A stretch of DNA of 63,777 nucleotides, counting the filler. It is 4 parts of 4 records of this genome, joined end to end, with 100 filler letters (N's around TTAATTAATTAA, not from the genome) between each part and the next. Parts side by side here need not be neighbours in the genome. Positions count along the whole stretch, not along the records: positions 55,771 to 63,777 come from SRR22947727_2588; 3 more parts are not named here. One strand, written 5' to 3'. Below the pieces are notes generated by a model, which had not been told where the DNA came from, made no database searches, and worked only from the letters and a program-made list of their open reading frames with translations. Shown here piece after piece: positions 55,852-63,777 of the stretch; position 1 is the first letter of the stretch; each line of letters begins with the position of its first letter. The translations under genes and the position numbers were made by a program.

Positions 55852-56057
55852 TGACGCCAATGGGACGCTTCGCACCACCCTCAGCGTTCTCTTAAATTCT
55901 AACATCTCGTTTTCTTGTTGCGCCTCCATCTATGAGTGGAGCGAGCGCAAAAAATTCAGCGAAAAGCAGGCCCGTCAGACCACCCCATGAATAGCCATGG
56001 AACGGCACGCTGTGCCTGAAACCCGAATCTCACGAACGGCCATTATTCGAGAATTTT

Positions 56058-56126
56058 GCCCCTTATTCTCCTGCGAAAGGGCAAATCAACGTTGATCCGG
56101 CTCTTATTTTCCCGCGAAGGGGCAGA
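56058..56126. repeat. Two imperfect 28-nt direct repeats (period 41)
   Basis: GCCCCTTATTCTCCTGCGAAAGGGCAAA vs GGCTCTTATTTTCCCGCGAAGGGGCAGA, 22/28 identical. Confidence 0.6.
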
Positions 56127-56343
56127 ACTTTTAGCAAGTTCTTCTACATTTCGTCAGGCTGTAGAAGAAAATGCTAAATCTTCTTTGATTAACCTCGCTT
56201 CACTCGCAGGACCTTGAAGCAGCATTTCTTTTATCAAAAATAACAACGCTATCGGTTCATCGAACGCCCTCGGTTGCTTCGTTTTTTCACAAAAGATCAC
56301 TTTTCCGAAATTCGCGGTTTGCCTTCGCCAAAAAGTCTCTACA

Positions 56344-58284
56344 ATGGCAAGCGTGAGCGAAGGATATCAGGTTTTTGCCCGGAAATACCGCCCCAAGACG
56401 TTTGACGACGTTTTAGGGCAGGATCATGTCGTACAGACACTTAAGAATGCGATCGAACAGGAGCGTTTGGCCCATGCTTATTTGTTCGTCGGGCCCCGTG
56501 GAACGGGAAAAACGTCGACCGCACGGATTCTCGCGAAAGCACTGAATGGCCCGGGCGGTCCGAAAGTAGATTTTGATCCGGATGATCCGCTTTGCGAAGA
56601 AATTGCGGCTGGAAACAGCCTCGACGTGCTCGAAATCGATGGAGCGTCAAACAACGGCGTCGATCAGGTTCGTGATCTTCGTGACACGGTAAAATTTGCG
56701 CCGTCTTCGGGCAAATTCAAAATTTACTACATTGATGAGGTCCACATGCTGACGACAGCAGCGTTCAATGCGTTGCTGAAGACACTGGAGGAGCCGCCGG
56801 ATCACGTGAAATTCATCTTTGCGACAACGGAGCCGCAGAAGATTTTGCCGACAATCATTTCGCGGTGTCAGCGTTTCGATCTCCGCCGCATCCCGACGAA
56901 CATTATCGCCGATCACCTTGGTTTTATCGCCACGGAAGAAGGTGTGAAGCTTTCAGAGTCAGCAGCTTTTGCAATCGCCAAAGGAGCGGAAGGCGGTATG
57001 CGTGACGCGCAGTCGATGCTCGATCAGCTCGTTGCGTTTTGCGGTGAGGAAATCGGAGAGAAGGACGTTCTCGATATTTTTGGATTCAACTCGAACGAAG
57101 CGATCGTGGAACTCGGCGGTCTGATTCTGAATCAAGACAACGCCACTGCTTTAGAGCGCGTTCACACTCACAGCGAGTCTGGAAAAGATCTTACGAAACT
57201 GCTTTCCGATTTGATCGGTTATTTCCGTCATTTGCTCGTTCTGCGAGTCGATCCGAATTCGGAAACCAGCGATGTGCCGCCTGAGCTGCGTGAAGTTCTC
57301 GAAACGCAGAAAAACCTCGTCGACACCTCGCGATTGTTGTCATTGATCGACCTGCTGGCCGAAACCGATGCCCGGATGAAATGGGCGCCGAACAAGAAAT
57401 TGCATCTTGAGATCGCGGTCATCAAATCAATTCAAAACATCAGTGAAACCTCTTTGGATGAAGTCATTTCAATGATTTCCAGCGCGGCAGGAGTAACCGG
57501 AGTGGCTCCAGATGAGGGTAGCATCCCACGAGCACAGGCTCCGCAGAGCCCCGTGGTTTTTGCCGCTCCACCGAAATCAGTTTCCGAACCAGCAGCCGCC
57601 GTTTCAACACCGGCACCGGCTCAGGAAAAACCGGCCGCACTTGTTGACGTTGTTCCGCCAGTTGTGACGCCAAAACCTGCTCCAACTCCGGCAACACCAG
57701 CTCCGGCTCCAACACCTGCAGCTCAACCTACGCTCGCACCCGCTGCGCCCGAGGAAGAGTCCGCTCCAACAATCGTTCCTTTATCTGGACCTGTTTCGGG
57801 AATGGAACTGTGGGAAGCCGCCTGCCCTCGCCTGATTGCTGCCCGTCCGCTCATCGAAACGTGGTTGAGCGCCGCAAAGTTTTTGAGCCATGAAGGCATG
57901 GATTTTACCGTCGGATTTTCTTCGATGCAGGGATTTTACCGGGATTCAATGCTGCGCCATCAGGAATTGCTCGATTCAATCGCCACTGAGCTTGCCGGAA
58001 CGACTACCCGGGTGACTTTAGAGGTTCGGGATGATATCGCCCCGGCAGACCCGCCGGAAATCGAAGATGACGAACCGGAACCGAACGCAGTTGTTGCTGC
58101 CGCTCCTAATGCCGACAACGCAGCGACACCCCAGGCAGGAGCGCAACAAGTTCAATCGGCCGGCGCTGATCAAGCTCCCGTTGAAGATGATGCGCCGCCG
58201 GAGCCTGCAGAACCCGATTTTCACGACGATCCACTGATCAAAAAAGCGATGGAAGAATTCAAAGCGCGTGTCGTCGAAAGCTAA
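56344..58284 (+). CDS. dnaX: DNA polymerase III subunit gamma/tau (start may be GTG 56353)
   Basis: YQVFARKYRP, GPRGTGKT, EIDGASN, IDEVHML, NALLKTLEEPP, SRCQRF and GGMRDA motifs. Confidence 0.97.
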   Translation: MASVSEGYQVFARKYRPKTFDDVLGQDHVVQTLKNAIEQERLAHAYLFVGPRGTGKTSTARILAKALNGPGGPKVDFDPDDPLCEEIAAGNSLDVLEIDGASNNGVDQVRDLRDTVKFAPSSGKFKIYYIDEVHMLTTAAFNALLKTLEEPPDHVKFIFATTEPQKILPTIISRCQRFDLRRIPTNIIADHLGFIATEEGVKLSESAAFAIAKGAEGGMRDAQSMLDQLVAFCGEEIGEKDVLDIFGFNSNEAIVELGGLILNQDNATALERVHTHSESGKDLTKLLSDLIGYFRHLLVLRVDPNSETSDVPPELREVLETQKNLVDTSRLLSLIDLLAETDARMKWAPNKKLHLEIAVIKSIQNISETSLDEVISMISSAAGVTGVAPDEGSIPRAQAPQSPVVFAAPPKSVSEPAAAVSTPAPAQEKPAALVDVVPPVVTPKPAPTPATPAPAPTPAAQPTLAPAAPEEESAPTIVPLSGPVSGMELWEAACPRLIAARPLIETWLSAAKFLSHEGMDFTVGFSSMQGFYRDSMLRHQELLDSIATELAGTTTRVTLEVRDDIAPADPPEIEDDEPEPNAVVAAAPNADNAATPQAGAQQVQSAGADQAPVEDDAPPEPAEPDFHDDPLIKKAMEEFKARVVES

Positions 58285-58318
58285 CTTTTTTAAACCAACC
58301 CATTTCCCCTATCTATTT

Positions 58319-58633
58319 ATGAATATCGCAAAGATGATGAAGCAGGCCCAGCAGATGCAGAAGAAAATGGCATCAATGCAGGAAGAACTCGCAGAGCAAA
58401 TCGTGGAAAAAAGCGTGGGCGGCGGAAAAGTTGTCGTGACAGCAAACGGCGCGGGTGACGTGCTCAGCATTAAAATCGACAAAGCGGTGGTTGATCCAGA
58501 CGACATCGAAATGCTCGAAGACTTAGTGCTTCTCGGCGTTCAGCAGGCGATTGCTGAGGGCAAAGAAAAATCATCGTCAGAAATGGGCAAGCTGACCGAA
58601 GGCATGGGATTGCCACCGGGGATGGGACTCTAG
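58319..58633 (+). CDS. ybaB: YbaB/EbfC nucleoid-associated protein
   Basis: MMKQAQQMQ, GGGKV.V and DPDDIEMLEDLV motifs; downstream of dnaX. Confidence 0.95.
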   Translation: MNIAKMMKQAQQMQKKMASMQEELAEQIVEKSVGGGKVVVTANGAGDVLSIKIDKAVVDPDDIEMLEDLVLLGVQQAIAEGKEKSSSEMGKLTEGMGLPPGMGL

Positions 58634-58675
58634 GATACCTTCCGTCTACATCTCCAACGCTGAATTTTCAATCGA

Positions 58676-59428
58676 ATGATGACTAAACTTCTTCTCACTG
58701 TGCTTTCTGCGCTTTTGATTTCGAATTCAGCGCAGGCTGACGACCGGATTTATGAACTTCGGACGTACTACGCGAACGAAGGCAAACTCGATGCGCTTCA
58801 TGCGCGGTTTCGTGATCACACCGTTGGGCTTTTCGAGAAACACGGCATGACCAATGTCGGATACTGGGTGCCGCAGAACAACCAATCCAACGCTCTGGTT
58901 TATCTGATGGCCTATCCGGATAAAGCCGCTCGCGATGCTTCGTGGAAAGCGTTCATGGGTGATCCTGACTGGAAAAAAGCCTACGCGGAATCGACCAAAG
59001 TCGGCAAGCTGGTGAAAAAAGTCGACAATCAGTTTCTGAAAACAACGGATTACTCGCCTGAGCTGAAGATCGAAAAGAAAGATCCCGCTCGGCTATTTGA
59101 GCTTCGGATTTACACGACAAACGAAGATAAGCTCAAGAATTTGAATGCCCGCTTTCGCGATCACACCGTTGAGCTTTTTGAAAAGCACGGCTTGGAAAAC
59201 ATTATTTATCTGAATTTGGTTGAAGGTGAAAAAGGCGCTAAAAATCAGCTGGTCTATTTCATCGCCCACAAAGACGAGGACGCCAAAAAGACGAACTTTA
59301 AGAAGTTTAGCTCCGATCCTGATTGGAAAAAAGCCCGCGCTGATTCCGAGAAAGACGGCAAGATTCTTGTGCAGAACGGCGTTTCATCAACACTACTCGT
59401 TCCAACGGACTACTCCCCGTTGAAGTAA
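58676..59428 (+). CDS. Secreted tandem NIPSNAP-domain protein
   Basis: Signal peptide; two repeats of (Y/F)ELR.Y..NE.KL..L.ARFRDHTV.LFEKHG...F..DPDWKKA...TDYSP. Confidence 0.9.
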   Translation: MMTKLLLTVLSALLISNSAQADDRIYELRTYYANEGKLDALHARFRDHTVGLFEKHGMTNVGYWVPQNNQSNALVYLMAYPDKAARDASWKAFMGDPDWKKAYAESTKVGKLVKKVDNQFLKTTDYSPELKIEKKDPARLFELRIYTTNEDKLKNLNARFRDHTVELFEKHGLENIIYLNLVEGEKGAKNQLVYFIAHKDEDAKKTNFKKFSSDPDWKKARADSEKDGKILVQNGVSSTLLVPTDYSPLK

Positions 59429-59438
59429 GAGTTTGAGT

Positions 59439-59873
59439 TCACGAAAGAACCAACCGCATCTTTCGGTGTGGGATTCCTGCCTCGTCGAACTCGGGGCCTT
59501 CCGCGACGAACCCACACGATTCGTAGAAACCGATCGTCCAGTTCTGACCGTGAAGCGTGATTTCAGACATGCCGTCTGAGCGCGCCTGATCAATCAGAAC
59601 GCGCATCATTGCCGCGCCAACACCGTGTTTTCGCCACGACTTTAGAACCGCAACGCGACCGATTTTCAGAGTTGGCAGTAACCGCGCCGTCCCAATCGGA
59701 GTTCCTGTTTCCGAATCAATCGCGAGGACGTGTTTACTGATGGGATCGTGCTCATCACGCTCCATTTCCTCCGGGACCTGTTGTTCAATTACAAAAACTT
59801 CCGTCCGAACCGCGAGTAACTCAGGGTGAGCGTCGTTCCACTCTACGAATTTAGTTTTGAAATTAGCGGACAT
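59439..59873 (-). CDS. GNAT N-acetyltransferase (ElaA/YjcF-like)
   Basis: VR.EVFVIEQ, KIGRVAV...RKHGVG, FYESCGF and F.EAGIPH..M motifs. Confidence 0.92.
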   Translation of the reverse strand: MSANFKTKFVEWNDAHPELLAVRTEVFVIEQQVPEEMERDEHDPISKHVLAIDSETGTPIGTARLLPTLKIGRVAVLKSWRKHGVGAAMMRVLIDQARSDGMSEITLHGQNWTIGFYESCGFVAEGPEFDEAGIPHRKMRLVLS

Positions 59874-59889
59874 CATTGAATTGGAAATT

Positions 59890-61620
59890 TCATTCCTCCT
59901 CTTCTTCTTTCGATTCGACCGGAGCAGGAGATTTCATCGGCACTGACGGTTCAATCACAACATCGTCGCCCGCGGCGGGCGGCGGAATCACTTCAAGGCT
60001 TTCGCTCTGATACACCCGCAGCTGGGATAGAATTTGAGGAACGTTCCAACTTTTCTTCTGCGCATCGTGGACAATCTCTTTAGCGCCGAGAGCGGCCTCG
60101 GGCCGTACCAGCCGGATATCGCGATAGGTTTGGAGATAACCATCAAGTTCATAACTGGCCTCCAACTCATCGAAAGAGATTCCTTTTAGACTGAAATTTC
60201 TCAGATCAACAACGCCTTTGGTGATCCACGTTTTTGAATCCAGAGTCGGTCCTTCGCCCACCGCAACGATGTAAACCGTTGAATTCTTGTCGAATGACCA
60301 CGAGTTGAGAAAATCGCGAGCTTTTTCATCGACCACAAATGGCGTGAACGTCCGGGGATCCATCTTGATTTGAGATTGATAACGAAAAGCACGCTCACCG
60401 CCGTTGGTATAAAACATTACATTGGCCTGGGCAATTCCGGATTTGTGGGCCAAACGCGCGTTGCGAATATAAAATCGATTCGCCGAAGCCGAGAAATCGA
60501 ACTCAAAGCTATCAAAAACCTTGCCACCTTTGCTCACAAACCGGTCGCATCGGAATTTTCCGGTCATTTCAGCTGGAAACCAATACTCAGGACGATCGAT
60601 GCGTTGTAGCTCGTCGAGAAGTAGCGTACCTTCAGCATGAATCATAGGTGGCGAGAAGAACACAACTTCGTCCAGCTCTGAACCGGTATAAAATTGAGAC
60701 GACAACGCTTTAAAATCCGCCGTCGAATTTAATCCGAACGTGACCTGATTGGTTTCCTGCTTCCATTCGCCATTCAAAACCAGATCGCCCTTGGTATCCT
60801 GCAATCTCAGCTCTTTGAGAACCGCGCGGTCCCGCTCACCGTCGTACTCAATATTCACATCCAGCGCTTTGACTGTGTAGTTTCCCAATCGAAAATCACG
60901 AGCCGTGAATCGAGCGGTGGCCCGCATTTGATTGATGTCCAGCAAATCACTCCGAAACTTCACATCCAATCGCGGGACTTCATTGGTCAAAAACTCAACT
61001 CGCTTAAGCTCTCGAAGCAGCCCTCGAATCTGCTGTCGACGATCAGCGATCTTTTGCAGCTCAACGCGTTGCTGCTCTGCACTTTTCTTCTTTGTCGGGA
61101 CCAATCCCGACTCGTTTTCCGGCCGGAAAAGCGACCCCACCATGGAAATTTCAATGCCTTCAATCTCCGCAAAAGCACGCACGACTTCAATCTGACTCTC
61201 AGTTACCACCACGCGACCGGACAGATTGGTCATCCGCAATTTTACTTTGCTTTCAGGATTTCCCGGATCTAGCGGCAGGGAAACTTTGGCGTCCTGAATA
61301 TCCAGCGTTCGAATCGATAGCTGTTTATTATTCAACACATTGCTGAAATCGATATCGAGATAAACATCATCAACAAAGGCGATTTCCTCGTTCTTTTTAT
61401 TCGTTTGAAAAAAACGGACATCTTCCGCCACCAAACCACGCAGCGGGCCCAGGGTGAGTTTCCCCAACTCCACATAATAGCCGCGCTTGGCCACTTCCTG
61501 TTCGATTCGAAGCCGCCAGCTTTTTGAAAAGCCGTTCTTTCGAGCCCAAACCGCTCCCCAGATTCCGCTGACGAGAAGAATCACGCAAAATAAAGTAAAA
61601 ATGCGGCGGGCTAGCTTCAT
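59890..61620 (-). CDS. Single-TM, beta-rich AsmA-like protein of unknown function
   Basis: N-terminal TM anchor, LTLGPLRGLVAEDVRFF, long amphipathic beta pattern, acidic tail. Confidence 0.55.
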   Translation of the reverse strand: MKLARRIFTLFCVILLVSGIWGAVWARKNGFSKSWRLRIEQEVAKRGYYVELGKLTLGPLRGLVAEDVRFFQTNKKNEEIAFVDDVYLDIDFSNVLNNKQLSIRTLDIQDAKVSLPLDPGNPESKVKLRMTNLSGRVVVTESQIEVVRAFAEIEGIEISMVGSLFRPENESGLVPTKKKSAEQQRVELQKIADRRQQIRGLLRELKRVEFLTNEVPRLDVKFRSDLLDINQMRATARFTARDFRLGNYTVKALDVNIEYDGERDRAVLKELRLQDTKGDLVLNGEWKQETNQVTFGLNSTADFKALSSQFYTGSELDEVVFFSPPMIHAEGTLLLDELQRIDRPEYWFPAEMTGKFRCDRFVSKGGKVFDSFEFDFSASANRFYIRNARLAHKSGIAQANVMFYTNGGERAFRYQSQIKMDPRTFTPFVVDEKARDFLNSWSFDKNSTVYIVAVGEGPTLDSKTWITKGVVDLRNFSLKGISFDELEASYELDGYLQTYRDIRLVRPEAALGAKEIVHDAQKKSWNVPQILSQLRVYQSESLEVIPPPAAGDDVVIEPSVPMKSPAPVESKEEEEE

Positions 61621-61641
61621 TGCATCTTTTGAGACGACACG

Positions 61642-61677
61642 AAAAAAGGGATGAGGCAGATCGTCTGCCACATCCCT
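61642..61677 (-). terminator. Intrinsic terminator downstream of the TIM-barrel gene
   Basis: GGGATG.GGCAGA / TCTGCC.CATCCC stem followed by T6 on the minus strand. Confidence 0.75.
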
Positions 61678-61714
61678 GAAATCATCGCTTCTCAGCGGCT
61701 GGATTCAAGTCCGA

Positions 61715-62731
61715 TCACTCATGCGCATCACGCACGTCGATCATCGTTTTTAAAATCGTATTCCAAGTCTCTTCAGTTTCGAGAACGTCGTTCGGGAACA
61801 TGCACCCGTCCCAGCAAATGTGCTCGATGCCGCGATCCGCATAATCTTTCAGCCAGTAACCCGCGCACTTCACGATGTCCATTTTTCCGTTTGGATCATC
61901 TGCCTGACAATGCTTTCCAGTCTTATCGTGACTTCCGGCACCATGAACTTCACCATCGTTCTGAGCCACGTGGAAATCTATCGTCCACGGACGCAGCTTG
62001 TCGGTCATTTCTTCATACGCCGCATAAAACTCTTCATCAGTGTAACCTTCTTTCACCAGCGCATACTCAGGTGCATTGTAACCAAGCGTGTAAAGGTAGG
62101 TGTGAGCCAAATCGGCCTGAAAACCAAGCGTTTCAGGCATTCCAACTTCCTCAAGAAGATCGAGCATGTCTTTCCATGAATGCATTCCCGCCCAGCAGAT
62201 TTCACCTTCTGCCGCAAGGCGCTCGCCATGATCCGCCGCGATTTTTGCCGCTTCACGGAAGGTTTTAGCAATCTTTTTGGTGTTCCCAACAGAATCTTCT
62301 TTCCATTTTTCAACACCAAATTCTGCGGAATCAATCCGGATCACACCGCGCTTGCGGACACCGTGTTTGTTGAATACTCCGGCGATCCGGCAACCCACTT
62401 TAACAGCGTCGAGAAATTTTCCGGTCTGCTCAGCATCACCCATCGCTGAATCACCAACTGTTCCGCCCCAGACAGGTGCCACCAGTGAACCCACGTCAAA
62501 GCCGTAGCCTTGAATTGTGTCAGCAATTTTGCACAACTCGTCGTCCGTCGCATCGGGATCCGTGTGCGGATGAAATAGAAAGTAATCAATTCCGTCGTAT
62601 TTTTGGCCATTCACTTCCGCAGCAGCAGTGAGTTCAAGCATGCGCTCGAGTGAAATAGGCGGCTCCTGGCCTTCGTCAGTTCCTTTTCCGACGAGTCCGG
62701 GCCACATGGCGTTGTGAAGTTTCAAAGACAT
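61715..62731 (-). CDS. Xylose-isomerase-like TIM-barrel protein (sugar phosphate isomerase/epimerase family)
   Basis: [23 protein letters not shown] and ICWDGC metal-ligand pattern. Confidence 0.8.
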   Translation of the reverse strand: MSLKLHNAMWPGLVGKGTDEGQEPPISLERMLELTAAAEVNGQKYDGIDYFLFHPHTDPDATDDELCKIADTIQGYGFDVGSLVAPVWGGTVGDSAMGDAEQTGKFLDAVKVGCRIAGVFNKHGVRKRGVIRIDSAEFGVEKWKEDSVGNTKKIAKTFREAAKIAADHGERLAAEGEICWAGMHSWKDMLDLLEEVGMPETLGFQADLAHTYLYTLGYNAPEYALVKEGYTDEEFYAAYEEMTDKLRPWTIDFHVAQNDGEVHGAGSHDKTGKHCQADDPNGKMDIVKCAGYWLKDYADRGIEHICWDGCMFPNDVLETEETWNTILKTMIDVRDAHE

Positions 62732-63279
62732 GATTTTTTGGTTTTAGATAGGGTAAAATTCAGAGTGGAAAAGCATACATAACGCCTCACTATGAGGCAA
62801 GACTGAAATATCCGCGAGCGTGTTTCCGAGAGTGCCTTTTCGATGTCTGACACGGACAGGCAAAAAATACTTGCAACATCCGTAGTTTTCCGCCACGGTT
62901 CTCTCGTTCGAGGGCCATTTGGCCAGTTGCTGAGAGCGTTTCCGCTCTCTTCTTCCGGAACCCTTGTTTCCGTTTTTCGAAAGAAGCCTTGAACCCACTC
63001 TGTGGAGGAAAATTGTTTTTCGAACCGGGCTATTTTTTATCGCAAAATGGCACCGTTCGGAGAACTGAATTCCGAATCTGAAACTCCTTTTCTACCTGTC
63101 TCGTTCACCAGTCCGGCAAACGCTATTTGCTCAAACTCGAATGGTTCGAAACTACCTTTTACTACTTTCTAATTTTCCAGAAACCAGCTGAACGAGCTCG
63201 TTCAGTCAATCAAAGTGCCTCTTCACATACGAAGGCCACTCCTGATCCACGTTTTATTACGATCCCCTTTTTTTATTTC

Positions 63280-63777
63280 ATGAGCGATTCTACCGAAGAA
63301 CCGAAACCCCAGTCCAGCAGCACTAAGCAGCCAGAACTGAATCTCGGTGCCTCCCCTGCCCCTCCTAAGAAAAAGACTGCCCGAAAGGCTGCCGCAAAGA
63401 AAAAGTCGGCCACCAAAAAGGCTGCACCTAAAAAGAGGACGGCAACTGTGAAAACCAAAGCAAAGGTAGAATCTGAAAAAAAAGCCCCCCCAACGGAAAA
63501 AAATGAGTCAAGTTCGGAGGAAACGCCACGCGCAAAATCCGATGCGGGTTCTTCAAGTGACTCCACAGATTCAAAAGGATCCCGTAAATCACAAGACGAC
63601 CAACCAAAAGCATCAGTAAAGGCTGAATCCAGTGCACCTGATCAGGAATCCCGCAAGCACGAGGATCCAGAAAAAGAAAACCAGGGCGGAAACGAAGGCA
63701 GGGACGACAACAATCAAAAGAACGACCAGCGTAACGATCGGAGAGACAATCAAGATCGTGGCGGAAATCAAGACGGT
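63280..63777 (+). CDS. 3'-truncated ORF with a long disordered N-terminus; probably transcription termination factor Rho
   Basis: 166 open codons to the window end: MSDSTEEPKP...KKKTARKAAAKKK...GGNEGRDDNNQKNDQRNDRRDNQDRGGNQDG. No folded domain is visible, so identity is inferred from IDR style and the C-rich leader. Confidence 0.5.
   Translation, partial: MSDSTEEPKPQSSSTKQPELNLGASPAPPKKKTARKAAAKKKSATKKAAPKKRTATVKTKAKVESEKKAPPTEKNESSSEETPRAKSDAGSSSDSTDSKGSRKSQDDQPKASVKAESSAPDQESRKHEDPEKENQGGNEGRDDNNQKNDQRNDRRDNQDRGGNQDG

Noticed and set aside
56195-56230. SRP RNA (ffs) upstream of dnaX
   Set aside because: CAGGACCTTGAAGCAGC only loosely resembles helix 8; it lacks the GNRA-capped CCGGAAGG hairpin and a long closing stem.
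58240-58246. dnaX programmed -1 frameshift at AAAAAAG
   Set aside because: The run is phased AAA AAA G rather than A AAA AAG and lies about 14 codons from the stop, so it cannot generate a gamma subunit.
13-61671. Longest-ORF start positions (13, 8509, 14765, 22428, 24900, 38270, 48090, 55585, 58268, 61671)
   Set aside because: These extensions overlap neighbouring genes, promoters or terminators and precede the family-typical N-terminus, so downstream starts were used.
141-63637. Numerous short overlapping or antisense ORFs in the track (e.g. 5479..6078, 26064..26612, 40656..41234, 61651..62268, 63273..63566)
   Set aside because: They are shadows of well-supported genes on other frames or strands and have no recognisable motifs.

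Overview
The window is not one locus. It is four assembly contigs joined by artificial 100-nt spacers (N44-TTAATTAATTAA-N44) at 23179-23278, 41249-41348 and 55671-55770. Contig 1 (1-23178) is an alphaproteobacterial housekeeping block, SAR116/Rhodospirillales-like by inference: chvI-chvG-rapZ-ahcY-tsaE-addB-addA-trxA, convergent with aroA-cmk-rpsA-ihfB-lapA-trpF-trpB-trpA-accD-folC, then a TIGR02300 gene and a truncated tRNA-Ala(GGC). Contig 2 (23279-41248) looks verrucomicrobial: trpG/pabA, a LysM lipoprotein, purH, a class-V aminotransferase, a PQQ-like propeller with inserted EF-hands, a GT2, a PVC-type dehydrogenase fused to a cupredoxin, an SGNH hydrolase, a trypsin-like pseudo-protease, and rpsE-rplO-secY-map-rpmJ-rpsM-rpsK-rpsD. 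Contig 3 (41349-55670) looks gammaproteobacterial: MATE, acyltransferase, a two-gene hybrid kinase operon, MBL hydrolase, FATP-type acyl-CoA synthetase, HAD, YkgJ, two LLM oxidoreductases and an SLT. Contig 4 (55771-63777) looks verrucomicrobial: dnaX-ybaB, NIPSNAP, GNAT, an AsmA-like protein, a TIM-barrel isomerase and a probable partial rho. Most genes are ordinary. The best candidate for an undescribed system is a sigma54-promoted operon pairing a pseudo-histidine kinase (His->Pro in HisKA, His->Tyr in Hpt, intact REC) with a paralogous TM-PAS-PAS-HK-REC-Hpt kinase. That second gene is broken here by an in-frame TAG and a G-run frameshift. Other good leads are a pseudoknot leader on the rpmJ-rpsD operon, a SecY with an extra C-terminal TM helix, a 31-nt REP-like palindrome family and the EF-hand-inserted propeller. 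No CRISPR array, phage or transposase was seen. All product and taxonomy calls come from motif recognition only; no database was searched.
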